Positions 25,698 through 38,237 of a DNA stretch of 64,000 bases are shown here, piece after piece. The notes under the pieces were generated by a model, which worked only from the letters and a program-made list of their open reading frames with translations, did not search any database and had not been told where the DNA came from. A program made the position numbers and the translations under genes. Origin of the DNA: Octopus sinensis (lineage: Eukaryota). Location: assembly GCF_006345805.1 (NCBI RefSeq), contig NC_042998.1:1178001-1242000 (forward strand), read 5' to 3'. How positions within the stretch are numbered: the first letter of the stretch is position 1; each line of letters starts with the position of its first letter.

Positions 25698-26042
25698 ATG
25701 TAGGATAAACATTTTTTCGGGAAAAAAATTTCATCAATGGCCAGCATATCAAAAAATACTCCTAAAGGTTAAATTTATAAATAATCTACAAGATAAGGGC
25801 AAAAGAAAAATTCTAATGCCAAATATGCCGAAACAAAAATTGTCAATAACCATTATAATTTATGTAACTCGAAACAAAGCGATAGAAATTTCTAAAAAAT
25901 ATATTCGGTAATAACGAATTTTTTAGAAATTTCTATCGGTTTGTTTCGAGTCACATAAATTATAATGGTTATTGACAATTTTTGTTTCGGCATATTTGGC
26001 ATTAGAATTTTTCTTTTGCCCTTATCTTGTAAATTATTTATA
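25698..26042. mobile_element. Fold-back copy of the 32.2-kb family (sequence 3' of the ribozyme cut only)
   Basis: Matches 32611-32790; 125-bp arms at 25776-25900 and 25918-26042, about 3 mismatches, 17-bp spacer; flanked by TA/TAA repeats. Confidence 0.75.
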
Positions 26043-26049
26043 TACATAT

Positions 26050-26214
26050 ATACGCAACAGCCTCCTTCTACCAAATGTACTCATATGTAACTGGTCATCC
26101 CGGAGCAATAGTATAAGACAAGACATTTGCGCAAAGTGCCGCACAGTGGCACTGAACCCAGAACCATGTGGTTCCAAAGACAGTTTCTTTATCATATACT
26201 CATGTCTACGCCTA
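26050..26214 (-). mobile_element. SINE-B head, diverged
   Basis: cacagtggcactgaacccagaaccatgtggtt. Confidence 0.65.
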
Positions 26215-27705
26215 TTTATATGCATAAAATCAATTATATCTAAAACTAGATTTGGATAATATGGGACATTGAACCGTAAAATGTTGCCTATCACGTTCGA
26301 TGACTTGGCTGGCCTAGCTTCGTGCTCTTGTGCTTGATGGGGCTAGCGTCATTCCAAGTTAGTGACCCCAGAGGCATCATCATGCGTTTAGCCGACTAGG
26401 TCCACCAGACCCCTTTCACGCTGGCAGTCCCGTGCCAGCCCCCAATCTGCATCCTGACGACATACTCCCATTTTGAATAATCATCGTGCTGACATACCTG
26501 ATTATAATGACACTGACCTACACACATTAGGTGCCTTAAAAGCTAGACATATTCATTAATATATCTGGGGCACTGATTATATCATCAGTTTCACCTATCA
26601 CCTCTAGTTTTGAAGATACAGCATTTCTCTTTACATGTGCTAACTTGTGCGCTAACATCAGGAACCTCTCTTATGTATTTTGGTGCCTTAGAAATTGAAC
26701 TTATTCTTGACTGTATTTAGGGCATTGTACACCGAAATAACTTCGGTTTTAACTTCACATTAATTAATCATATATTATTTTCACACAACAGTACTAAAAC
26801 TATTGATAAAATATATATTACTAAATCAGTTTATTTCAAACAAAAGCTTAGATTAAAGGCAATGGACAAATACAGTGTTTGTTTTGGCTATTCATGCAGT
26901 AGATCCCCTAGAAAGAGGACAGAAAATTTACATAAAAGAAGGAATTTTTTATGGTCTGCAGATAAGAGGGTTAAGATTCTCATTTCGTAGGGTCAATGAA
27001 CAACACTGAGCTCCCTGCAGATTCTTGCTTTGTTTTAAACTTCCCTGACAATCACTGGGCAGACGAATACATTGAATAAATACGGAACATAAACAATAAA
27101 TACAGAGAATTTTCCCACAGTAAATAGATTTTTTTTAGAAAAGTTAGGTGATTTAAGCGAAAGGCAAGACGCGTTACATTAGAATATGAGGGGTGTTAGA
27201 GAGTATAGCAAGTTATATATGAGGAGTTTGTTATATAGATAGATAGATTTCATTTGCCTACCTATGTGTGTGTTTTGTGTGTGTGTGTGTATACGTGTGT
27301 GTGTATACGTATGTGTGTGTGTGTGTATGTGTGTGTGTGTTTGTACGTGAGCACACACACATGCACACAGACACATGTAAATGATGTATTTTTGCAAGAA
27401 AAAGCTGACAGTGATTTCGAAGTTTTACTGTTCATTGGCTTTTTCAGAATTGTGTCTTTTTCATTTTTAGGTATTGATTATATGGTTGAGTCAAAATTAT
27501 AATGAAAATTAGGTCGACAGCTGATGAGTGTTGAGCGAGTTTGCATTCGTCTTGGATGTATGCTTTTTTTTTATTTCTTTGATTTCCCGTAAAATACTTT
27601 GTGGTCCTTATGTGCCATCTTTCATTAATAATCGTAACGCTACGAACACATATTTTCCCAACCGCTAGTCGTTTCCTAATAAGGAACGACTTCTCTGGCT
27701 GCCTG

Positions 27706-27765
<60 letters not shown>

Positions 27766-27768
27766 CCA

Positions 27769-27809
<41 letters not shown>

Positions 27810-29036
27810 CCAATCTATCTATCTATCTATCTACCTATCTATCTATCTACATATATATGGATGTGTGTATATATATATATATCTGTCTGTCTGTCTGTCT
27901 ATCTTTGTATCTCCCAAATCTGCCTCTGTCTATACCTCTTCTTGCCATTGCTTTCTCTCTGACTTCTAACGTTTGCTCTTTGTGTTTTTGTGTTTATCTT
28001 TCCATCTTTGCTCTCTCTGCCTACCTGCCTTTCATTGTTTACTTCCATCTAACTATCGTATCTTTATACTCATCCTTCCATCTTTGCGTTTATCTACCCA
28101 TTTACACCTCTATCTTTCTATTCACCCTTCCTTTTCTCCCCCACTTTCCTGTCTGCATCTCCCCCCCACCACCACCAGAACATACCACAAGACCGTCTTC
28201 TTCCTGGTTCTTGTACTTTCATCGTTTAAACTGACAACTGAAATGGCCTTTTACTTCTTTTCGAGCACTAGATTCGTCTTTTATCTTTATCTTGATTCAG
28301 TCATTAGACTGCGGCTATGCTGGGGCACCGCCTTCTTCTTTGGCCAGCAAACCGTACAAAGAATCGAACCCTGTACCTCTCAAATTCCGGCTGAGTGCTC
28401 TATACCATTATGCTAAGCATTGTCTACCTTTACAATTTTTTTCTTTTATTTTTATCTTGTTTCTGAAGACCAGAAAGCACACTATCCTATTAGCATTACT
28501 TCACACAAGTTGATTAAAATTGTTGTTGCCAATTTTAAAGACATTCTAGCTATACGTACATTTGCTTCTTTTATTTTTCTCTTTCCTCACAATTCAGATT
28601 TTATAACCTCTCTGTCTACACAAACTATTTTCTCTTAATATCCTTGCCTACGTTTCCTTTGTTTTGTACTTTTCCCGTTCTTCTCATAACTCGTCTTTAT
28701 TTGCTGTTCGACCGACAAATATTATTTTCTTTTACTTTTCGCTTTCTGTTGCTGACCTTGACTCAATATTTTTCTCTCCTTATTTGTCTATCGTGTCCGC
28801 TCGTCTACACCCCAGTAGTTTACGTTGCCAAAGCAACCAGATTGAACAATATTATCAGAAAGTGTTGAAATTTTAATGACCTTTGATCAGGATTTACAAT
28901 ATAGAATGGGGATAAACTATAACCTCGACCCTGCCATAAGAACACTCGGAGTTCTTTACTAATTTAAACAATGTTGCTAGCACAGTGTACCAACAGAGCA
29001 CTTATGAAGTATTTTGTCTGGATTGATAATTCCTCA

Positions 29037-29099
<63 letters not shown>

Positions 29100-29150
29100 A
29101 TATATATATATATATATATAGATAGATAGATATAGATATATATATATATA

Positions 29151-29340
29151 AGGAGAGTTCACGAAAAAACAAGACGAAGACAGGTGGTGTACAAAACAAA
29201 CAGATGTATTAGTATAACGCTCAGGAATTGAAAAAGTCTTCTATGTTTCGAGTCTACGCTCTTCTACAGAAAGGGACACAGAAAAAAAACAAGAAAAGGA
29301 AACCATGTGTGTAGTGGCTAACGATCTATCATGGCGACTG
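29151..29340 (-). mobile_element. Related Penelope-LTR-like short repeat between (TA)n arrays
   Basis: gtattagtataacgctcagg...tgtttcgagtctacgctcttctacag; degenerate HHR at about 29238-29273. Confidence 0.5.
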
Positions 29341-29374
<34 letters not shown>

Positions 29375-29404
29375 TATATATATTAGTGTGTGTGTGTGTA
29401 TGTT

Positions 29405-29630
29405 TGGGTGTCTGTGTTTGTCCCCCCACTCACCCACCCACCCAACATCGCTTGACAACCGATGGTGGTGTGTTTACGTCCTCGTAACTAGCGATTCGGC
29501 AAAAAGAGACCGATAGAATAAGTACTAGGTTTACAAAGAAGAAGTCCTGGGGTCGATTTGTTTGACTAAAAGGCGGTGCTCCAGCATGGCCACAGTTAAA
29601 TGACTGAAACAAGTAAAAGAGTAAAAGAGT
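29405..29630 (+). mobile_element. SINE-B 3' half
   Basis: catcgcttgacaaccgat...gaaacaagtaaaagagtaaaagag. Confidence 0.85.
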
Positions 29631-30271
29631 AAAATATATATACACACACACACATATACATGCATACATACGTACTTATCCGGAATTAAGTTTAAGTCCC
29701 TCACCTTAATACTAGCGTTCATTGGCAAAAGAAGGCACTTCTAAATTCTCCTTTATAGCATACGTTGTGGTTATCGTAAAATAAAGTGATAATCATCCTT
29801 TCAGACGATGGTTTTAAATATATGGATGAGGTAAATAAGGAACAGAAAGGAGCGAAGATGTATAGACAGAGGTTTGGGGGTGGGGGTTAAATAGAGAGAG
29901 AGACAGACAGACAGATAGGCAGGCAGGCAGGCAGGCAGACAGACAAACTGAGGACGCTGAAGGAACAACTGTCAAGAAGGACATCATAATGCATATGAAA
30001 ATAGAGTAGAAGCAGAGTTATAAATATAACAAAGATAAAGAGGGGAAGGGGAGGGAAGGAGAAGGGAAAAATGACGTAGATACAAGAGGGAAAATATAGT
30101 TTGTTGCATCAGGGTAGGAGGATCTCAAAGGGAAATTATTAGCTTAGAAATCAAGATATTCCGTCCTCCCTGCAGCCTCTCTCCACTACATTCGCTCCCA
30201 TTAATTCAACTTGTTTTATTCGTAACTCCTACTTTATTTTATCAAAATACATATTATTCTAAATTGTATCT

Positions 30272-30468
30272 CTTACCTCTTTCAGTCGTTTCACTGCGAC
30301 CATGCTAGGGCAACGATCCAGGACTTACTTTTTCTTAACTCTGATATTTATTCTATCAGTTCCTATTGCTGAACCTCTAAGATACGGGAACGTAAACACA
30401 CCAACAACAGTTTTCAAGCAGTGGAGGAAAGCATAGACACAAACACACACACACGCATATATATATAT

Positions 30469-30502
<34 letters not shown>

Positions 30503-30623
30503 ATATATATATATGTACACACGCACACATATATATATATATATGCATGTATGTACACACTCACACACCACATACACATACACACATACACACACACGCG
30601 CGCAACACACACACACTCACACA

Positions 30624-30699
<76 letters not shown>

Positions 30700-30862
30700 C
30701 GGCGGGTCCCTTTCAGTTTCCATCTACCAAATCCACTCACAAAGCTTTGGTCGGCCTGGGGCGATAGTAGAAGACACTTACCCAGGCTGCTACACAGTGG
30801 GACTGAACCCGGAACCATGTGGTTTGGAAGTAAACGTCTTACCTCACAGCCAGGCACGCACC
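30272..30862 (-). mobile_element. SINE-B with expanded internal TA/CA microsatellite
   Basis: Head at 30700-30862, tail at 30272-30445. Confidence 0.85.
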
Positions 30863-31467
30863 TATTTCATATTATATTACACTACATTACATTAGATATT
30901 TTCTCTTCTAATGCTTCTGCTGATCTTCATTAAAGAACCGGTGTCTAGCACTGATTTCTAACGTGTTAAGCGGATGAGAAGAAACAATCTTATGAATAGA
31001 ATACTATTCTACCTCTGATCATTTTTCTGCGAACGTTCGAAAAAGCTCAGCTGTCTAAACCAAGTAATCTCTTGCTAAACTGTACACATCGATTGCAATT
31101 ATATTACATAAAATACACAATAATACAGCTGCAAAGTTGGGTACAACCCCAGTTTAAATGCCGTACATGTTTCATTGTATATCTTTGCGGTCTTAGTCCC
31201 CTATAGCAACACTTTTCTGTGCATGTCCATTCCACACACGCTCACACATATGCACATCGGCAACATTCGTTAATTTGTTGAAAATGGGGTCATAACCCCG
31301 AAATATTGAATGCAAGCTAAGTCTACATTAATTCATATATTTGTCTTCCTGTGACTTACATTGCATTTATTTCACATTGTTCTGGCCTTACCCACGATCT
31401 TTTATACAATATATTCTACACAATGCTTTATAGTAATTATTCCATTATAATATATATAAGTGATTAC

Positions 31468-32014
31468 GTCTGCACCAGCATTGCTAGAAATGAGCCAAAG
31501 AACTTTTAGCCACGGACAGAGCACGATTAATCTCTCTCTATATAAACGGCAGTTTGTCTGTGCGTGTTTCTGTGTGTCTGTTTTCTCGTACCCTCACCCT
31601 GACCACGGCTTTCAACCGATTCTGATGAAACTTGACACACACATAGCCCAATGTCATAATTCAAAACTAACGCAGCGAAAATTTTGAAAAGTTCCCCCAG
31701 TTCTGAAAAAAATCGATAAATTCGACATGGGGTCGAGAATAAAAAAAAACAAACCACAGACTGTCTAGGGGACGCAACTCAACCTTTTATTACTCTCAAA
31801 AAAAAATTTACCATCATTTTTTTTTCCATTTTTTGGCTATTTTTTGGCTATAACTCTCTAAAAATGCTTTATAGTTATTTCCCTTACAAACCTGAGCAAC
31901 GCCGGGCGATACTGCTAGTAATTTTATAAATTTCACATAGCCAGTAAATGGAATGGTTCTCTGTTCGTGGCTAAGAGTTCTTTGACTCTTATTTATAGCT
32001 GTACTGATGTAGAC
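31468..32014. mobile_element. Inverted-repeat MITE hosting the Helitron
   Basis: About 55-bp imperfect IRs at 31468-31524 and 31956-32014 (caaagaact(t/c)ttagccacg(g/a)acagag). Confidence 0.55.
31531..31918 (+). mobile_element. Non-autonomous Helitron
   Basis: A|TC 5' end (tctctctctatataaacggcag), 3' GC-rich hairpin cctgagcaacgccggg, then CTAG|T. Confidence 0.8.
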
Positions 32015-32099
32015 TTGCACCCTAAATCATCTTTAGTGACGACAGAATCGTGCATTTTTGGTTTTAAATTGCTTCTAGCCACCTTAATAATTATATATG

Positions 32100-32165
<66 letters not shown>

Positions 32166-32218
32166 TAAATTTATGCGTCTCGAAATAAACCGATAGAAAT
32201 CTCTAAAAAATTCATTAT

Positions 32219-32277
32219 TACCGTATTGGTCCAATTTCGGGGTTAATTCATAAGAAATGTTCCCCTCTTCAGCGGCA
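32219..32277 (-). ncRNA. Type I minimal hammerhead ribozyme (inverted copy), intact core
   Basis: Reverse complement of 32557-32615 with one loop substitution. Confidence 0.8.
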
Positions 32278-32556
32278 TATACGCGAGATATAAATGAAAT
32301 ACTTATTCATACCCATGGAAGAAGCAAGCACCAAGTCCCGAGCAGACTTAAGTACCCCAAATATATCCAAATAGAAAAATCTTCGGCGCACCTCGAGACA
32401 CGTGTGATTCGAACTAGAAACTTTCACAGAGTGATAGAATCCGGAAGTGAACACTATTCTATTTATAATATATTTGGGGTACTTAAGTCTGCTCGGGACT
32501 TGGTGCTTGCTTCTCCCATGGGTATGAATAAGTATTTCATTTATATCTCGCGTATG

Positions 32557-32615
32557 TGCCGCTGAAGAGGGGAAAATTTCTTATGAATTAACCCCGAAAT
32601 TGGACCAATACGGTA
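32557..32615 (+). ncRNA. Type I minimal hammerhead ribozyme, intact core
   Basis: Stem I tgccg/cggta; CTGAAGA; stem II GGGG/CCCC; GAAA; stem III ttgg-a-ccaa; AUA triplet; predicted cut after 32610. Confidence 0.8.
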
Positions 32616-32819
32616 ATAACGAATTTTTTAGAGATTTCTATCGGTTTGTTTCGAGACGCATAAATTTAATGGTTATCAACAAATTTTTGGTTTCGGCGTA
32701 TCTGGCATTAGAATTTTTCTTCTGCCCTTATCTTTTAAATTATGTATAAATTTTACCTTTAAAGGCACTTTTGATATGCTGGCCATTGATAAATATATAT
32801 ATATGTGTGTGTGTGTGTA

Positions 32820-33672
32820 TGAGGCCTGATCAATAAGTATCCAGACTGTTCCCGTAGTAACGAAGCTAAAGCACTCAGACTAAAGCCGCTTGGCAAAAAT
32901 TGACCTTGAACTCTGCTGTGCATGCGCACTAAGCTTTAACGTTCTGGCTCACTTCCGCTGTTTACAGCAATTTTGTAATGAAGGTGTGATCGTCGCATTG
33001 ACCATGGCAGAGAAAGTTGTCATGCCGATACTTGCTTAGAGCTCTGTGTGAAGCTGCAAAAAGTGTTTGAAGAGGAGTGTCCGAGCGGTCCAGACGTTTC
33101 CAAGTTGGCCGAAAAAATGTTGATATTGATGAAAGTTCTGGGAGACCCGCACTGAGAAAAACATTGCAGATGTACGTGCAGCAGTTAGGGGAAATTGTCG
33201 AATCCCCATCCGTGAGTTATCAGATGTGCAGATTAGTTAACTTTCAGTCCAGTCCGTTATCGCTGACGATTTGGGTATGAGACGCACGTCTGCCTAGTTT
33301 GTGCCAAAACTGCTTTCGAATAACCAAAATGACGCTTGAGTTTCAATTGCACAGTATCTCCGTTATTGTGTCGAGAACGATCAGAACTTTTTGAAAACTT
33401 TGCGTAGGTCTCTGAGCAGGTATCGTGAAGCTTTTAGCAAAATTTGATGCAGATTCTCTGCTCAACTTTGTCTGTCATGGTTAGTGCGACGATCACACGC
33501 TACACATCTTCATTCCAAGCACTGCTGTAAGCAGTGGAAGGGAGCTAGAACGTTAAAACATTATGCGCATGTGCAGTAGGGTTGAAGGTCAATATTTGTT
33601 GAGCGGCTTTAGTCTAGGCGCTTTAGCTTCGTTGGTAGGGTAACGGTCTGGATACTTATTGATCAGACCACG
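32820..33672 (+). mobile_element. Internally deleted mariner element with long TIRs
   Basis: TIR (c/t)gaggcctgatcaataagtatccagac and its inverse; TA on both sides; about 180-bp inverted ends; transposase relic DESSGRP...FVPKLL. Confidence 0.85.
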
Positions 33673-33961
33673 TATAGTAGATTCTACAGTATTCAGTATA
33701 TTTCGTTATTAAAGACATTCGAATGTTATGAATGTTATGTTTAAGACATTCGAATGTTATGCGGTCAAGTCCTGATTTCCTGTAGAACTGAAACAAAAAT
33801 ATAATTTTAAGCATAAAATGTACACCGGAACCGGAAAAAATGTACTTAGTATCTACATATACAATCTGTTGCAAGATCACACATACACACACACATACAC
33901 ACACACTTGCACAATTAATACTTAAACGTGTGTTAGCGTGTGTGTGCGCGTATATCTATAA

Positions 33962-34012
<51 letters not shown>

Positions 34013-34134
34013 CATATATGTAAGTATGTATGTATGTATATATATAGAGAGAGATATAGAGAGCGAGAGATGCGTCTCTCTCTCTCCCTGTCTCTCTCTG
34101 TACACACATACGTATACACACACGTGCACACATT

Positions 34135-34169
<35 letters not shown>

Positions 34170-34173
<4 letters not shown>

Positions 34174-34350
34174 TAATAATAAATATTAGGGAATAATCCA
34201 AACTTACAGGGAAAAATCAGATTTAGGATTGAATCCAATTTTATAGTAAAATATTATATTATATTAAATTATATAAATTAATTTATGTATTGGCTTAAGT
34301 CTTTCATTGTTTGATTTGATTTGCATAATAGTGGTTTTGTCTCTAATTTA
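34170..34350 (+). repeat. Short (TA)n-embedded dispersed repeat
   Basis: Both ends match 62641-62730 (minus); left end is related to 57905-57990 (minus). Confidence 0.65.
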
Positions 34351-34375
34351 ATATAATATATAATATATATATATA

Positions 34376-34421
<46 letters not shown>

Positions 34422-34490
34422 CCTATATATATATATATATTCTTTTACTTGCTTCAGTCACATGACTGCGACCATGCTGGAGCACCGCCT

Positions 34491-34540
<50 letters not shown>

Positions 34541-34542
<2 letters not shown>

Positions 34543-34845
34543 AAGGCGCATGCTCAGTGGTTAGAGCGTCGAGCTTACGATCGTGAGGTTGTGAGCTCGA
34601 ATCCCGGACCGGGCTGCGTGTTGTGTTCTTGAGCAAAGCACTTTATTTCAAGTTGCTCCAGTTCACTCAGCTGTAGAAATGAGTTGCGACGTCACTGGTG
34701 CCAAGCTGTATCGACCTTTGTCTTTCCCTTGGATAACACTGGTATGCATGGGCGACTGCTGGTCTTCCATAAACAACCTAGGAGGGTAACTTTCTAGGTG
34801 CAATCCCATGGTCATTAATGACCGAAAGGGGTCTTTACCCCCTTT
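34541..34845 (+). mobile_element. SINE-C with clear tRNA head
   Basis: A box tgctcagtggttagagc, B box gagctcgaatccc, then gtgttcttgagcaaagcactt. Confidence 0.85.
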
Positions 34846-35186
34846 ATATATATATATATAAATTACCCCCTTTATATATATATATAAATTACCAAGGATT
34901 CCTTGTTACAACACCGAATACTGCGTTTTAAGATATCATTCTTTATAAGCGCTTGGTACATAAAACACCTTGCATAGATAGCAGCAGACGGGGATCGTCT
35001 TTCATATGTGTGTGTATGGACAGAGAGGCACATACGCATAGGGCGGGGGGTGTAAAGGTCACGTGCTCCACTTTTTTCTCCTTCTGGACTTGAACCCTCT
35101 CTTCGAAAAATTCCTGGGACCGACCCTGATGGATGTGAGTATTCAGTTGTATTTCCAGATTTCTTGCTAATAGAGTAAGTGCCGTA

Positions 35187-35221
<35 letters not shown>

Positions 35222-35559
35222 ATGTATGTATGTATGTATGTATGTATGTATGTATGTGTGTATGTATGTATGTATGTATGTATGTATGAATGAATATATG
35301 TATGTATGTATGTATGTATGTAAGTATGTATGTATGCATGTGTGTGTATGCATATATGTATGTGTGTGTGTGTATGTATACATACATGTACACATACACA
35401 CCGTTGTTAAAACAGAGTGGGTTGATCCGAATACAAAGAGCGAGCATGAAATGACTCATTACAAGAGTGAGGTCAATGAGTTCATTTGAAAAATATCGAA
35501 TTTACAGTTGTAGTGAATTCAGTAGTCACTGTTTTTGATGCGTATAAAAACACGATCTA

Positions 35560-35598
<39 letters not shown>

Positions 35599-35805
35599 CA
35601 CATACTCACACAAACACATACACACAGACACACATACGAACACACACACACATACACAAGCACACGCAGACATATACACACAACACTCACAAACACATCG
35701 CATACATACACACATACACACATACAAGTATCAGGGTGCGTATACCTGTGTACCTGTGTGTGCTTTTGTGTATCCGATTATATAGAAATTGTGTGTGCGT
35801 ATACT

Positions 35806-36207
35806 CTTTTACTCTTTAACTTGTATCAGTCATTTGACTGTGGCCATGCTGGAGCACCGCCTTTAGCCGAGCAAATCGACCCCAGGACTTATTTTTTGTA
35901 AGCCTAGTACTTATTCTATCGGTCTCTTTTGCCAAATCGCTAAGTTACGGGGACGTAAACACACCACCATCAGTTGTCAAGCGATGTTGGGGGGACAGAG
36001 ACACACATACATATATACACACATACATATATATACATATATACGACGGGCTTCTTTCAGTTTCCGTCTACCAAATCCACTCATAAGGCTTTGGTGGACC
36101 TGAGGCTATAGTAGAAGATACTTGCCGAAGGTGCTGCACAGTGGGACTGAACCCGGAACCATGCGGTTCGTAAGCAAGCTACTTATCACACAGCCACTCC
36201 TACGCCT
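35806..36207 (-). mobile_element. SINE-B, full length
   Basis: Close match to the 21513 and 6683 copies. Confidence 0.9.
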
Positions 36208-36220
36208 ATATATTTAACCA

Positions 36221-36737
36221 TCTATAATTACGAAAAGCGAAATTCTGTCTGTCCGTTTGTGATCCCTGTATCTTAGTCTATATTTATTCAACATAGACAT
36301 GTGCCTTTTTAGAACTAGGATGATATCGGGATTGAAAATCTGCCCTTCATTTGATTCTTGAACATCCAGCATTGGGATCTGATTTAAAAGCATTTAAGCT
36401 GCTATTTCTAGCAGGTAAATTTGACTAATTCACGCCATCTTGATTGACGTTCGTCAGATGACGTCAGAGATCAAGGGGGAGATAAATGACATTCGCTTCG
36501 TTAATTTTACATCAAGTAAGAACTTTGGGACAAATTGGTCAACAGTTGGAATTCAACTTGGGACTGGAACAATAGAATGATTGTATTACAGAATCAATTC
36601 TGATCCGTCCTAAAACTCTGATCAAATACCACCGGAGCATATAGCCATTATAGACATATTATAGTCATGCTATTTAGTACTCTGTAGTTCAGGGCCACAG
36701 GCCCAATTAACCCTCCAGAGTGCGGCTTTTAAGCTAG
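36221..36737 (+). mobile_element. Probable non-autonomous Helitron
   Basis: A|TCTATAATTACGAAAAGCG start; GGGCC-aca-GGCCC hairpin at 36692-36704; CTAG|T end. Confidence 0.5.
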
Positions 36738-36786
36738 TAAGTAATTTATGTGAATTTTATAAATTTATCGTTCACTTTTTATATTC

Positions 36787-36985
36787 CACTTGTTTCAGTC
36801 ACTGGACTGCAGCCATGTTGGAGCATCGCCTTGAAAAGTTTTCGTCTCGAACGAATCAACAGCAATGCATTTTTTAAGCTTGGTACTAAAATTATCGGTC
36901 ACTTTTTGCCGAACCGCTAAAATACGGAGACGTCAACTCAACAACACCGGTTTTCAAGCGGTGATGGGAGACATACAAACACACA

Positions 36986-36990
<5 letters not shown>
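36787..36990 (-). mobile_element. SINE-B 3' half
   Basis: tttcagtcactggactgcagccatgttggagcatcgcc...gccgaaccgctaa. Confidence 0.7.
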
Positions 36991-37032
<42 letters not shown>

Positions 37033-37901
37033 CATGCATATTTTTACAGGAGTCTGAAAAATGGCGCTCTTATGCTTTTGTCCTGAGGACAGAAACACAT
37101 CGACAATGTAGACGACTGAGAATGTGTAAACAGAAAATCATACAAAGAAAAGTGGTGAGCACACAACACAAGGATTTAATGTATGGACACAATAATAGAG
37201 AAAACCCGTTGATACAGAATCTAGGCGAGTTATAATATAAGAACTAGGCCAGTTGGAGAACTGCTCGCACTATAAGTATGTTGATGATGATTTGAATTGA
37301 AAAATATATTAAGAAATAAATAAATATCTGCCCTCTTAATCCCATTGTTATATTTCCAAATACGCAGAGAATAAACAAAAAGAACTTAATAGTACAGTCT
37401 AGGTTCGTCTATATTGGAACCCAATACTAGTTTAAAGTAGCATGTAAAACAATTCCCTTACACCTTGTATTCAAAATTCTTAAGCAAACACGATTTGCAG
37501 CGTGCGTGTGTCTCATCTGCCTGATACATAAAACCTTTTCTATTGATCATATGTTTGCTAAGATAATTACACTTAAGTTTCGTTTTCATTTTACGAGGAA
37601 ACTCAGATCGAAGGTCAACCTTATCTAAACAACATTCGGCAAAGAATTCATGAGCCAAACAAAACGGTCACAGGTGAAATTTTGACATTATTCTATTAGT
37701 TGTTGATGAAATAAGGACACAGTCAGGTACTAACATTTTCGTGAATTCAAACGGATATAGCAGTTGTAGTAACGTGTTTTCATGGAAAAAATTCAATGCA
37801 TTATTTCGAAGAAACATTATTTACATGATCCGGGTATTAATGTACAAAATACAGGAGGAATTTCATTTCGAAATATAAAGATACGCATGCTTGTAAGCCC
37901 G

Positions 37902-37996
<95 letters not shown>

Positions 37997-37997
37997 A

Positions 37998-38053
<56 letters not shown>

Positions 38054-38054
38054 G

Positions 38055-38088
<34 letters not shown>

Positions 38089-38089
38089 A

Positions 38090-38120
<31 letters not shown>

Positions 38121-38121
38121 A

Positions 38122-38176
<55 letters not shown>

Positions 38177-38202
38177 AATCTATCTATCTATCTATCTATC
38201 TG

Positions 38203-38237
<35 letters not shown>
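37902..38237. repeat. (TCTA)n, left flank of Tx1
   Basis: Direct; occasional TCAA/TCTG variants. Confidence 0.95.

Larger units (their letters stand above)
32161..32793 (+). mobile_element. Penelope-LTR-like unit with inverted partial duplication, in (TA)n
   Basis: 204-bp arms at 32163-32366 and 32468-32671, about 5 mismatches, no indels; each arm contains a hammerhead motif; TA repeats on both sides. Confidence 0.7.

Noticed and set aside
26498-26680. Strong donor (cag|gtatgt) with an upstream short frame
   Set aside because: The frame stops before the donor and no good acceptor is present.
31270-31316. Hammerhead-like GGGG/CCCC-GAAA (also 43095-43140)
   Set aside because: The CUGANGA box is too degenerate to call.
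32367-32467. Pol III promoter or tRNA in the spacer (minus-strand GTTCGAATC)
   Set aside because: No T-stem pairing, and a T5 run follows before the ribozyme; only a motif-level match.
34544-34620. tRNA gene
   Set aside because: Acceptor and anticodon stems do not pair well and the sequence continues into a SINE core.
37458-37658. Minus-strand ORF MAHEFF...NFEYKV as an exon
   Set aside because: Weak donor and no recognisable homology.
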